From positions 67,198-131,197 of IMG/VR virus record IMGVR_UViG_3300022925_000008: a stretch of 64,000 nt of DNA, one strand, 5' to 3'. The stretch comes from a virus. Numbering within the stretch: position 1 is the stretch's first letter; every line of letters begins with the position of its first letter. The position numbers and the translations under genes are program-made. The notes below the pieces were generated by a model. That model was given only the letters and a program-made list of their open reading frames with translations. It did no database searches and was not told the origin of the DNA. Of the stretch, positions 43,898 through 53,186 are shown in pieces.

Positions 43898-44503
43898 TTA
43901 TATCCTCGCTATGTAAGATGTTTTCTTCAAGTTATCTTTTAGTTTTTTACCAGTAGAACCTGCTACGTTGTGTTCTGAAAGTAACTCATCCCAAACCTGA
44001 TCCGCAGCTGCATTTGCTATTGCAGCAACATCATCGGGTGTAATCGCAACCGCAACTGCTTCTACCGTAATCAGATCAACAATGTTAGATCTAACCAATG
44101 ATACTGAAACACCTTCTGCAAAATAGAACGGTGTTTCTCCTGCTTCTCGTGTATATAGGTTTCCTTCAATTGTTAATGTATAGGAGTTCTTTGACGCAAA
44201 AGGTTGTATTCTCCATCCGTTTTCAAGGAAGTATGTAACGCCAAGATCTCTATCATCTGTAATCGGGTCACCACCAACAGCTGTAAATGCCTTTGGCCAT
44301 ACAACAGGAAGCGGCGATTCTGTCGAAAATTGCGACCACTCTTTCCAAGCGGAATACAAATCAGATTTAACGTCTAACGTGGTTATCCCTTCATTTATAT
44401 AAATGTTTCGGTTAGCGCCGTCAAAGGCAACCTTTTGGTTTGGGAATCCTAATACCGGATCCCAATTCCAATTGGTGCCATATTGGTGATGAATAAATGC
44501 CAT
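43898..44503 (-). CDS. Putative virion structural protein
   Basis: FDGANRNIYI...DLYSAWKEW domain, shared with the 903-aa protein. Confidence 0.7.
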   Translation of the reverse strand: MAFIHHQYGTNWNWDPVLGFPNQKVAFDGANRNIYINEGITTLDVKSDLYSAWKEWSQFSTESPLPVVWPKAFTAVGGDPITDDRDLGVTYFLENGWRIQPFASKNSYTLTIEGNLYTREAGETPFYFAEGVSVSLVRSNIVDLITVEAVAVAITPDDVAAIANAAADQVWDELLSEHNVAGSTGKKLKDNLKKTSYIARI

Positions 44504-46971
44504 TACTGATTAAGTTCTTTCCACACAACGTTGAATGTTATGTAAGTTCGATCAGGTGCAGATGGTTGTGATCCACCTGGCTGGAACCCAAGATCGTCTC
44601 CACCGATTGGATTGTACATAAACGTCCAAACAGGAGAAGCTGGAGGTTCACCTTCAATGTTACCTTCATCTGCTAAATCATATGCAGGATTGCTCCAACC
44701 AGAAGAACTGTATGCATTCAAAGAGGTCTTATAATCTAATGGGTATGCATTAACACCGTTCTTAGTAATCGAAGTCAGTGTGGTACTCAACAATGATGCT
44801 CCAGAACTGTTCTTAACTGTGAATGCGGTGCCACCCGCAATACCAGTATCCAACCCTACGTTGTCACGTCCTTCGAGATATATTTGACCTGCGTCGGAGT
44901 CATAGTCAAGAACCAGAGCACTAAATCCTGACACTTGTGCGCTGTCTTGATTGCTTGGTGAAATATTGTTAATTCCCAACGGTACAATAGAAGGTGTGAA
45001 ATTAATAATTCGAGTATCACGGTCATCTTCGAGCAATGACACACCACCCGCATCACTGTCGTACAACCAAGAATCGTTACTTGACAAGAAAGACAAATAG
45101 AAGTTTTTGTTCAGTAGTGTTTCGGGGCCATTGGTTTCCGTAATATCTTTGAACTGAACCACTTGCTTGTCTTCGAAATAGTGAACGTTTCCACCTCGTT
45201 CTGGGTCTTGACCAACTTGTATCTCAACACGATTTACGCCACGACTATATCGATCTGTTTGACCAAAAATATCTTGCAGAGGTTGTTTGCGTCTTGATAG
45301 TCCTACTTCTGTATTAGGTCTTACCGAACCCCATTGAATACCGTCAAACAATTTTTCTAAGTTGACATCACACACACCATCCCGAATTGGTGCTCGTATA
45401 ATTTCTGGACCGTGACCAATGTGATGCCCTTTGGCATCGTATACAGCACGAATACCATCTTGTTGTGTAAATGAATCACCATCTCTTTGTATCGTAGTGT
45501 AACTGGGTGTTTCCCATTTTTCTCCTCGAAGAATACACTTCAAGAACACACGCAGTTCGCCATCTGGGAAAGTTCCGTCATTGTTAAAACAATTGAGACG
45601 AATTTGTTCTGGTGCATACAGAGAGTGGTTATCTTGTCCGGCGGCAGGAAAACCAGCAGGGTATTCGGAAACCGGACGCATTGAGGTGATGTAATAAGCA
45701 CCCTGCGTATATGGAACACCCGCAGTAGTTACTTTGTTATCAATCATGAATGTTTCATCAATAGAACTTGGCTTTCCCAATTCTTGAATGGGGTCAGTTT
45801 GAGCATCTGTCCAAACACCAGCGCCCAATGCATAGAAATAATCAGCAGTATCTTCTGTCGGCGCAGACGTTCTCTTAGTTGCCCAACAAATAGGTCTTGC
45901 ATTCAACCCGATAGCATTTGTTTGCCATCCGATGTCGGTTCGATTACTCATATCCATTTCATGACAGATGATTCGTTCACCGTTGATGATAATACCCCAA
46001 CGAATAGAACCTCCACCCAAGTTTTGATAATCGTAGAAATATTGGTTTGCCGCTGTGACATCAAGGGTTACACCTGATCTGTTGCCATTACCGCCAGCGC
46101 CATCCAGACGATCTCCATTCCAATTTGATTGTGGTATAACGGTTTCTGTCTGAACCCCGTCAAAAGTCCTACGATGTACGACAGAGAGACCTGACCCAGT
46201 GAGACGGAACATAAACCCGTCAGTTGCATCAAATGGGCCCCAGTTTCTCACACAGGTTGCTTTACCAGCATCAGGAATCATGGTTCCCATAATAACGAAG
46301 ATACCAGAACCATACGTTAACGGGTGATAAAGGTGTGAGGTGTTTGTTGCAAGATCATTGATAGCACCGCCACCAAGATTACCTTCTAAACCAAGACGTA
46401 TCCATTTCTTACCTGAGTCCCATACAGCAGTGCCAGAACCCAAGAGAGAGTTTGCAAATTGCGAGGGCATTGCATCAACGTCGAAAACATAATTAGCAAG
46501 AACCTTTGAGTTAGCAATACGTAACTGACCATATGCCGCAAGTTCTGGTTGTCCTTCTGAGAATCTAATGCTTGCCGCACCGAAACGGTCAATCTCTAAG
46601 CCGTACTCTGGGTTGTCGTACCCCATAATGTGGGTAGTTGGTACGTATACGTCATATGCTTCAACGACTGTACCTACGTTGGTTACACCGTCCGGTGCTG
46701 TTATTGTTTTACCGACAGCAGGAACTGTATTTTCAAACTTTGCTGTTTTGTTGTAGTGTATTGCTAAAATACCAGTTCCATCGCCTTTGTCATATACACC
46801 GTGAACGTGAATCATACCGAAATCGGAAACGGTATACATTGATCCAATCTTCCAAATATGACCAACCAAAGTACCGCCTGCGGTAAATGCTATTTCGGCA
46901 GTATGTATCATGTACAGGCGATCGCCCGTACTCTCCGGTGGTATTCTGGTGTATCTTTTTTCGCCTGTCAT
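44503..46971 (-). CDS. Large putative virion protein with a lectin/ConA-like beta domain
   Basis: 822 aa, Gly/Thr/aromatic beta-rich; own late promoter. Confidence 0.65.
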   Translation of the reverse strand: MTGEKRYTRIPPESTGDRLYMIHTAEIAFTAGGTLVGHIWKIGSMYTVSDFGMIHVHGVYDKGDGTGILAIHYNKTAKFENTVPAVGKTITAPDGVTNVGTVVEAYDVYVPTTHIMGYDNPEYGLEIDRFGAASIRFSEGQPELAAYGQLRIANSKVLANYVFDVDAMPSQFANSLLGSGTAVWDSGKKWIRLGLEGNLGGGAINDLATNTSHLYHPLTYGSGIFVIMGTMIPDAGKATCVRNWGPFDATDGFMFRLTGSGLSVVHRRTFDGVQTETVIPQSNWNGDRLDGAGGNGNRSGVTLDVTAANQYFYDYQNLGGGSIRWGIIINGERIICHEMDMSNRTDIGWQTNAIGLNARPICWATKRTSAPTEDTADYFYALGAGVWTDAQTDPIQELGKPSSIDETFMIDNKVTTAGVPYTQGAYYITSMRPVSEYPAGFPAAGQDNHSLYAPEQIRLNCFNNDGTFPDGELRVFLKCILRGEKWETPSYTTIQRDGDSFTQQDGIRAVYDAKGHHIGHGPEIIRAPIRDGVCDVNLEKLFDGIQWGSVRPNTEVGLSRRKQPLQDIFGQTDRYSRGVNRVEIQVGQDPERGGNVHYFEDKQVVQFKDITETNGPETLLNKNFYLSFLSSNDSWLYDSDAGGVSLLEDDRDTRIINFTPSIVPLGINNISPSNQDSAQVSGFSALVLDYDSDAGQIYLEGRDNVGLDTGIAGGTAFTVKNSSGASLLSTTLTSITKNGVNAYPLDYKTSLNAYSSSGWSNPAYDLADEGNIEGEPPASPVWTFMYNPIGGDDLGFQPGGSQPSAPDRTYITFNVVWKELNQ

Positions 46972-47004
46972 TTTAGATCCTGTTAAATTCGGTTGTTATC
47001 TTTC

Positions 47005-47012
47005 TATTTATA
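47005..47012 (-). promoter_or_regulatory. Late promoter TATAAATA
   Basis: Exact motif upstream of the 822-aa gene. Confidence 0.75.
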
Positions 47013-48933
47013 CTTCAAACGCATCGAAGTTTCTGTCAACAACTTGTGACAATGGAAACGAATTGTTTGTTGATGAGATTGTTTGATTCAATTGGTAAAT
47101 GGGTAGACTACCCACTCTGAATGCTAAGATGTCTACTACTGTGCCCGTTGAAACCTCAAAGGTATATGAAGCATCTACTTTTTCTACTGTGACTGTTTCG
47201 CCTGGAGAGTCTATTATATCGGATAATTTACTAGTCGAAGATGCAACGTCAGTAACGTTGATTGCCGATGCCGTGGGCGTGCCCACTACCGTATAGGTAT
47301 CAAAAATCTTAAGATCATTTCTTTGGGTTACTCGAACTTGGTCACCATCTACCAGATTCATCGTCGTGAAATCTGTCGTACCTGTTCTAAGTATTTGTGT
47401 TATATTTGCACCGCCACCAGTGTCTAACTCGATGTCTGTTCCTGTGACTGCTGAAAGAACATCTTCATCAAACAATGTGGTGGGTGATGCTACCGCAGAT
47501 GAATAGGGTGATGGGTTTTGTAGAACTGAAACTTCTGTGTTGCCTAGAAGACCAGAGACTGTTGCAGTCACCGCAAAGACTACTGTCGTAGTCGATGAAG
47601 CGGCATTACGTACCGTAACGTTAGTGCCACCGACAATGTTAATTGTTACTGCTCCACCAGAGTTGTTGAATACCATCGCATCGGTGCTACCGCTTGCTGG
47701 TGTATTGTTTGTGCCTGGATTTGCAGTTGAGTAACCAGAAAAATTCCAATCGGTAAATGTATATGTACCCGCCGCAGTAATCTCAACACCATGACCAGTA
47801 CCATCACTGGTAAATGTCAAATTTGTCTGATTAGTTGAGTTGCCAGAAGCATCAAGTAAAATTGCACCATTGGCATTACGACTACCATTAATTGAACAAT
47901 TCGTAACAGTAATTGTTGAGAAATCTATTTGCCCACAGTTAATAAATGTGCTATTAAGTACTTGTCGAGTTGTTCCACCTGTAACTGGCCACGAGATTGT
48001 TCCCATGTCAATATACTGTGTGTCTTGAATGTCCACGATGTCCATGTTATTATTAGTATAATCCCAGATAGCAGGTTCACCCGAAGATACAAGTACGCAG
48101 TTGTTTAAGACAAAAGAGTTGATGCCTGTTGTATTGCCTATCGTTCTAAAAATAAAATGACCCGTTCCTAACTGTTGACCATCGAAATAAATCTGAGAGT
48201 CACTTTGTTCAAAGTATGAATCCGATGTTCCTGCATCACCCCATTCCATAGACGCATAAAGTGTGAATGATGAACCAACACCTCTACCGAATAACCCCCA
48301 TCCACCCGTTGAAGGGTTATCATCCTGTGTTTGTAATGCGTCTAAAGTTATAGGTGTACCAGATGTTCCTCCATCAATTGTAAACGCATAAGACCCGTTG
48401 TTGATGAAGGTCATTCTATCAAGGAATAAGTTATCAACATTACCACGAGCGGCAATAGCGTGAATTGAACCATAACCCACCGAACCTATTGCAGTAAATG
48501 TTGGTGCACCATTACCTCGATGTTGAATTACGGTGAGACCTGCTCGGTTTGAGACATCTAATCTCAAACAGTAGAACTGCTTTCCTATTACTAGTCCGGG
48601 GTTATCGTTACCACCGATAACATACCCTTGGTTTGGATCATTGTTAGCGTCACCATTTCCCAAAACAACTTGCATTCCATCAAGTGCTTCAGTTTGAACT
48701 AGGTTGTCTTTAACAATAACCCAAACAGTGGCATCGGACAAATCTAAGTTAAGGTTTGTTCCCGCTGAATTTTGATGTGCAATCAAAAATTCTTGAGCAT
48801 TTGAAAACTGAGCAGAAATACTAGAAGTGCCTTCATAGAAGATTTCTGTATCGACAGCGCCCACATCAGAACCATCGAATTCACCTGTAGGTCCTTCGCA
48901 GTTATTGATTTGTGTTCGGTTATCGACAGCCAT
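47008..48933 (-). CDS. Putative virion protein with a parallel beta-helix-like region
   Basis: 641 aa, Thr/Gly/Asn-rich; repeated FxNC/xTNC strands. Confidence 0.65.
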   Translation of the reverse strand: MAVDNRTQINNCEGPTGEFDGSDVGAVDTEIFYEGTSSISAQFSNAQEFLIAHQNSAGTNLNLDLSDATVWVIVKDNLVQTEALDGMQVVLGNGDANNDPNQGYVIGGNDNPGLVIGKQFYCLRLDVSNRAGLTVIQHRGNGAPTFTAIGSVGYGSIHAIAARGNVDNLFLDRMTFINNGSYAFTIDGGTSGTPITLDALQTQDDNPSTGGWGLFGRGVGSSFTLYASMEWGDAGTSDSYFEQSDSQIYFDGQQLGTGHFIFRTIGNTTGINSFVLNNCVLVSSGEPAIWDYTNNNMDIVDIQDTQYIDMGTISWPVTGGTTRQVLNSTFINCGQIDFSTITVTNCSINGSRNANGAILLDASGNSTNQTNLTFTSDGTGHGVEITAAGTYTFTDWNFSGYSTANPGTNNTPASGSTDAMVFNNSGGAVTINIVGGTNVTVRNAASSTTTVVFAVTATVSGLLGNTEVSVLQNPSPYSSAVASPTTLFDEDVLSAVTGTDIELDTGGGANITQILRTGTTDFTTMNLVDGDQVRVTQRNDLKIFDTYTVVGTPTASAINVTDVASSTSKLSDIIDSPGETVTVEKVDASYTFEVSTGTVVDILAFRVGSLPIYQLNQTISSTNNSFPLSQVVDRNFDAFEV

Positions 48934-49224
48934 TTAGTCCTCTAAATCCAATGCAGTCTTAACTGCTTGTGACAGTTTCTCTGCACCTTCTGCTTGACGT
49001 TTCTCTTCCATTTCTTTTTTGTAAGCAAGAACTTCTTCGATTTCAAATTCCCACGAAGAATCGGGGTTGCCGTCCACAAACTGGACAGTACCGTCATCAT
49101 TGTATATCATATCGGTAGGAGTAACGTAGTGTGCTGTTAGATTATCACAGGATTGTGATTTCATTAGAAGCTCGTCTTCGGTTAAAGACAAAATCCCAGC
49201 TGCATTAGAAATTGATATTCTCAT
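48934..49224 (-). CDS. Hypothetical protein
   Basis: 96 aa with SD AAGGA. Confidence 0.6.
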   Translation of the reverse strand: MRISISNAAGILSLTEDELLMKSQSCDNLTAHYVTPTDMIYNDDGTVQFVDGNPDSSWEFEIEEVLAYKKEMEEKRQAEGAEKLSQAVKTALDLED

Positions 49225-49239
49225 AATTTATCCTTTAGT

Positions 49240-49266
49240 AAAAAAGTGGGGGGAGAGACTCCCCCC
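49240..49266 (-). terminator. Terminator after the 903-aa gene
   Basis: GGGGGGAG/CTCCCCCC stem followed by a U-tract. Confidence 0.85.
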
Positions 49267-49281
49267 GTTCACGTTTATTTA

Positions 49282-51993
49282 TTAAGGCGCGTAGTTTCTT
49301 TCGAGCGGGGCAATGACCGAGAAGTCTTGACCAGACGCATCAGCAATTGTAAAGTTTGATGATATCCATTGTGCTTTATCCGTTCCTACCGCACGAATTG
49401 TGACAGGTACCTCAGTTTCAGTAATTCTGTCTTCTTCTGCACCTTGGTTGGGTTGGGTATTAGCAGTGTATGCAAACGACCACTCATACTTACTATCAGC
49501 GTTCAAAGCCGGAGTACCAACTCCACTCGCAAGAGTTCCTTGAATTTCATTGTTCGTAGAATCCAAAACAATGACCGCATCAGGCGAATCGACAGGGTTG
49601 AACCGTAAGAATCCAGTTGCTGTCTGACTTGTTGCATAACCACCCTGATTAGACAAATCGTCAATATATGATACATTTATCACATCACCACCACCAGCAG
49701 AAACACCGTTAGTTACTTTAAATACGCCGTCTAGTCCAGCATTAGTGAATCCGGTAAACTTCATATATGAATCAGTGTCGATGTCGTATGTGAAGTTTCC
49801 TGCATCACGAGTAATAGTACCAACACCCGTTGCGTTACCCGAATAAGTCAACCCTGTTGAAGCCGCTTCTTCGTGTTGTTGAGTGTAAGTAAAGAACATG
49901 GTGAAGGATGCAGCTGCATCTGCCAGTAAGTTACTTGTTGCAAGATCACCAAAGGAAATGAATCCAGTTGCAATTTTCGGAAACGATTCAAGGTCGCCAT
50001 CATTGTCACGGAGTTTAACATTACCAATTACACCACTTGGCCAGTTGTAGAACAGTACACCAGTACCATCTGTGACAGTTGCTCTATCTAAGTTACCGAC
50101 ACCCCATTGCGCAGAATTTGGCGTTAGAAGGTTTACTGATTCAAGAACAAGACCAACAAACTTCAACATGGCATCAGAAGTCTTACCATTCTGGGTTCCA
50201 GTGTTACCAGCTTCAATATCTGAATCAAAATCAATAGAACCACTCTGACGTAATTGATATTGTACCCAAGAGTATAATTCTTTCAGAGTCAATTGACCAT
50301 TTGCAGAAGAACCATCTCGTGCATTAATTGTAACACCGAATGATGAGTTTGCATTATTCAAGTCAGTAGTAAAGTACTGTCCTGATACTTGATCCAAGTT
50401 ATGGAATATGATGTGAGGTCCGTTAATAAACTTAACGTCTTCAGCGCCAGCAGTTGTTACTTGGATTGCTTTATTTAATGTGATTGTCGTCGCGTCATCT
50501 ACAGAGTCTACTCTTGTACCACCAGCAAAAATTTCATTACCTCCAATTTGTTCACTGTATACATATGAACCCGCAATAATACCTGTGGTGTCGCCAACAT
50601 TCAAAGTTGTTCCGCTGTTTACACCAGTAATTGTCGTATCAACAGTAACTGCATCATACTTTTGACCAGCAGCATTGGCAGCTTCAATCTGTACGTCTGT
50701 AACTGTAGGAGTAACACCATCTGCAGCCAAATAATCAAGGTCAGTCGCTTCACTCAATGGGAAACGATATACTTGGAAGTTAATGTTACCAGTACCAGTA
50801 CCACCAGCATCTGGAATACCAATGTCTGGAGTGGAAGATTTACCGTAAGTCTTTCCTTCTGTTCTAATGAAAAGAGAAAGAACTTGATTAGAAAAATCAC
50901 CAGCATCGTCAACTGCATTGTCTATTAAGATTGCTTCGTTAACTGGTCCAAGGAAGTCAAAGTCTACCGGAGTAGACCAAGCCGTTGTGGCACTATTATA
51001 GAAAGCATAGTAAACACGATCACCCATGAGTAACACTTCAGCACCGTCAAAGTCGCCGCCGTGTGCGGCACTCAAGGTAATTTGGTTTGCGCCGTCAATG
51101 CTTACTACTTTAGTGTTTGCAGGAATTGTGCCGGTTCCGGATAGTACTCGTACTTCCATACCAACTGTAATGCCAGTAATAGTGTCTACCGCTAATGTTG
51201 TATCTGCGGTCGAATCAACCCCAGCTCCGATAGTTACTGTATCGATTGTACCCAGAGAAACAATACCAACATACTTTGGTCCATCAACTTCACCGACTGA
51301 CAGTTCTTGCCAACCAGCATCTCTCAACAATTTTCTGTCGGTGTTCGTTTCCATTGTCCAGTCAAAACCAAATTCAAACTGTTCAGGAGTAATTGCAACA
51401 AGTGGAAAGGGGTATTCGATCAGGTGATTGACAACCAGAAGTTCTGTGGTGTTATCCATAACAGGACTTGGTGTTTGGTCGAGTGTCATGCTGCTACCAT
51501 CTGCCGCGACCGATACAACCGTTGCGAAACCTCCAGCAAGGGTACCAGAACCAGCAGAGATTGAAACTTTCATGCCAGGCAATATGTTTAATGAGTTACC
51601 TCTAGTAGACGCTTCACCTGTGGTGCCTGTGATTGCAACACCGTTGTAGGTGAACACAGTGCCTACCGTTGAGTCTGGAGAACCAATATCTGTCCAGTTA
51701 GCATCACCAGCAACTTTAATTTGATATTTTGTACCTGTGACCAATCCCGCAACATCTACATCAATAGAAACATCGTCAAAGGTAACTGTTGTTCCTGAGC
51801 TGCCTGCGATTGTAGATGTAAAATCTGTTAAACGCCAAACGTTCTTAAGGTAAGAGTAAAGTGCCTGTAACGATACACCATCGTCAGACAAAGTATTACC
51901 CGTCGTTGTTTTGGTTAAACCAATATCTCGGTTGGTGGTATCGATATCTACTTCTGTGCGATACAACCTTCCTGCACTTGTTATTTTTGCCAT
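49282..51993 (-). CDS. Large repeat-containing putative virion protein
   Basis: 903 aa with three ~55-aa beta repeats (G.xVG..V...G.GTI...T.V.S.D....ITL..A); own late promoter. Confidence 0.7.
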   Translation of the reverse strand: MAKITSAGRLYRTEVDIDTTNRDIGLTKTTTGNTLSDDGVSLQALYSYLKNVWRLTDFTSTIAGSSGTTVTFDDVSIDVDVAGLVTGTKYQIKVAGDANWTDIGSPDSTVGTVFTYNGVAITGTTGEASTRGNSLNILPGMKVSISAGSGTLAGGFATVVSVAADGSSMTLDQTPSPVMDNTTELLVVNHLIEYPFPLVAITPEQFEFGFDWTMETNTDRKLLRDAGWQELSVGEVDGPKYVGIVSLGTIDTVTIGAGVDSTADTTLAVDTITGITVGMEVRVLSGTGTIPANTKVVSIDGANQITLSAAHGGDFDGAEVLLMGDRVYYAFYNSATTAWSTPVDFDFLGPVNEAILIDNAVDDAGDFSNQVLSLFIRTEGKTYGKSSTPDIGIPDAGGTGTGNINFQVYRFPLSEATDLDYLAADGVTPTVTDVQIEAANAAGQKYDAVTVDTTITGVNSGTTLNVGDTTGIIAGSYVYSEQIGGNEIFAGGTRVDSVDDATTITLNKAIQVTTAGAEDVKFINGPHIIFHNLDQVSGQYFTTDLNNANSSFGVTINARDGSSANGQLTLKELYSWVQYQLRQSGSIDFDSDIEAGNTGTQNGKTSDAMLKFVGLVLESVNLLTPNSAQWGVGNLDRATVTDGTGVLFYNWPSGVIGNVKLRDNDGDLESFPKIATGFISFGDLATSNLLADAAASFTMFFTYTQQHEEAASTGLTYSGNATGVGTITRDAGNFTYDIDTDSYMKFTGFTNAGLDGVFKVTNGVSAGGGDVINVSYIDDLSNQGGYATSQTATGFLRFNPVDSPDAVIVLDSTNNEIQGTLASGVGTPALNADSKYEWSFAYTANTQPNQGAEEDRITETEVPVTIRAVGTDKAQWISSNFTIADASGQDFSVIAPLERNYAP

Positions 51994-52049
51994 TTAAATA
52001 TTCTCCGTTTTTTTAAAATACTCAATTTAACATGACAAATGGTTACGTT

Positions 52050-52057
52050 TATTTATA
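52050..52057 (-). promoter_or_regulatory. Late promoter TATAAATA
   Basis: Exact motif upstream of the 903-aa gene. Confidence 0.8.
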
Positions 52058-52061
52058 AGGA

Positions 52062-53186
52062 TTAATCTGCAGAATACGTATAAGTTGCACGATCATTCCA
52101 AGTTTTATCGAAATTTGCTGTTCCGTTTGCCCAGAGAATGTCTAGGTCACCGTCTGCACCAAACTCATAGATTCGTTTGATTCTCCAGATAGACTGCCCT
52201 TTTGTGGTGCCAGGCACTGCTTCGCCAACATAAGTAAATCCATTATCTGGATCTTCGTCTACTAGTTTGTCGTATTGCACTTCTAAATCTGCCTTTAGTC
52301 TGTCTAATATTGTTAAAAAAGATTGTACAACAAACTTCTTCTTATTTGGATCGAACACCAAAATACTATCACCGACCACGCTACTCAAACGAGTTTTGTC
52401 GACATCTGCATTGTCAAGTATCTTGTATGAACCACCACCACCAAGAGTAGAAAGAGATTTTTGTACATTGGCAAGAGTACGTTCAATATTTTTGTTTACT
52501 GTGTTAGAATTCTCCGATAACCTTTCGTTGAATTGTTCTAGGGCTTCTTCGAACCTCTCTTTATAATCTGGTCCTGCCTCACCTTGTATTCCTTGTGGTC
52601 CTTGTTCGCCACGCTCTCCCCGCTCGCCCTTTTCGCCACGAAGTCCAGTATCTCCTTTGTCTCCTTTGACACCCATGGGTCCTTGTGCGCCCACGTCTCC
52701 CTTGGTTCCATCAATGCCGCGATCACCTTTTTCGCCCCTGCTACCAGTTGCTCCAGTGTCTCCCTTGGTTCCTTGATCTCCCTTATCACCTTTATCACCC
52801 TTTAATCCCTGCGGCCCTTGTAATCCTTGTGGTCCTTGTTCGCCACGTTCTCCTCGTTCTCCATCCTTGCCAGCAATTCCAGCAACACCTTGAAGTCCTT
52901 GTTCACCTTGTTCGCCGCGTTCGCCAGTATCTCCTTTCTCGCCAACAGGTCCTGGTGCTCCATCATTGCCATCGGAACCACGTTCGCCGCGTTCTCCTTT
53001 ATCGCCTCTATCGCCTTTGTCGCCTTTAACACCTTTGTCTCCCTTCTGGCCGTCGAGACCCGCAGGTCCACGCGTGGTTTCGACATCATTAATGATTTCG
53101 TACCATTTTTCTTCTAATTGCCCTATCCGTTTTTCAGTATGTGCTATACCGAAGGCAGTAGTTACAACAGGACTAATCTTGCTCAT
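52062..53186 (-). CDS. Collagen-like fibre protein
   Basis: 56 uninterrupted Gly-X-Y triplets (aa 40-207), a coiled coil and a C-terminal globular domain. Confidence 0.93.
   Translation of the reverse strand: MSKISPVVTTAFGIAHTEKRIGQLEEKWYEIINDVETTRGPAGLDGQKGDKGVKGDKGDRGDKGERGERGSDGNDGAPGPVGEKGDTGERGEQGEQGLQGVAGIAGKDGERGERGEQGPQGLQGPQGLKGDKGDKGDQGTKGDTGATGSRGEKGDRGIDGTKGDVGAQGPMGVKGDKGDTGLRGEKGERGERGEQGPQGIQGEAGPDYKERFEEALEQFNERLSENSNTVNKNIERTLANVQKSLSTLGGGGSYKILDNADVDKTRLSSVVGDSILVFDPNKKKFVVQSFLTILDRLKADLEVQYDKLVDEDPDNGFTYVGEAVPGTTKGQSIWRIKRIYEFGADGDLDILWANGTANFDKTWNDRATYTYSAD
52566..53069 (-). repeat. Gly-X-Y collagen repeat
   Basis: Counted from the translation. Confidence 0.95.
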
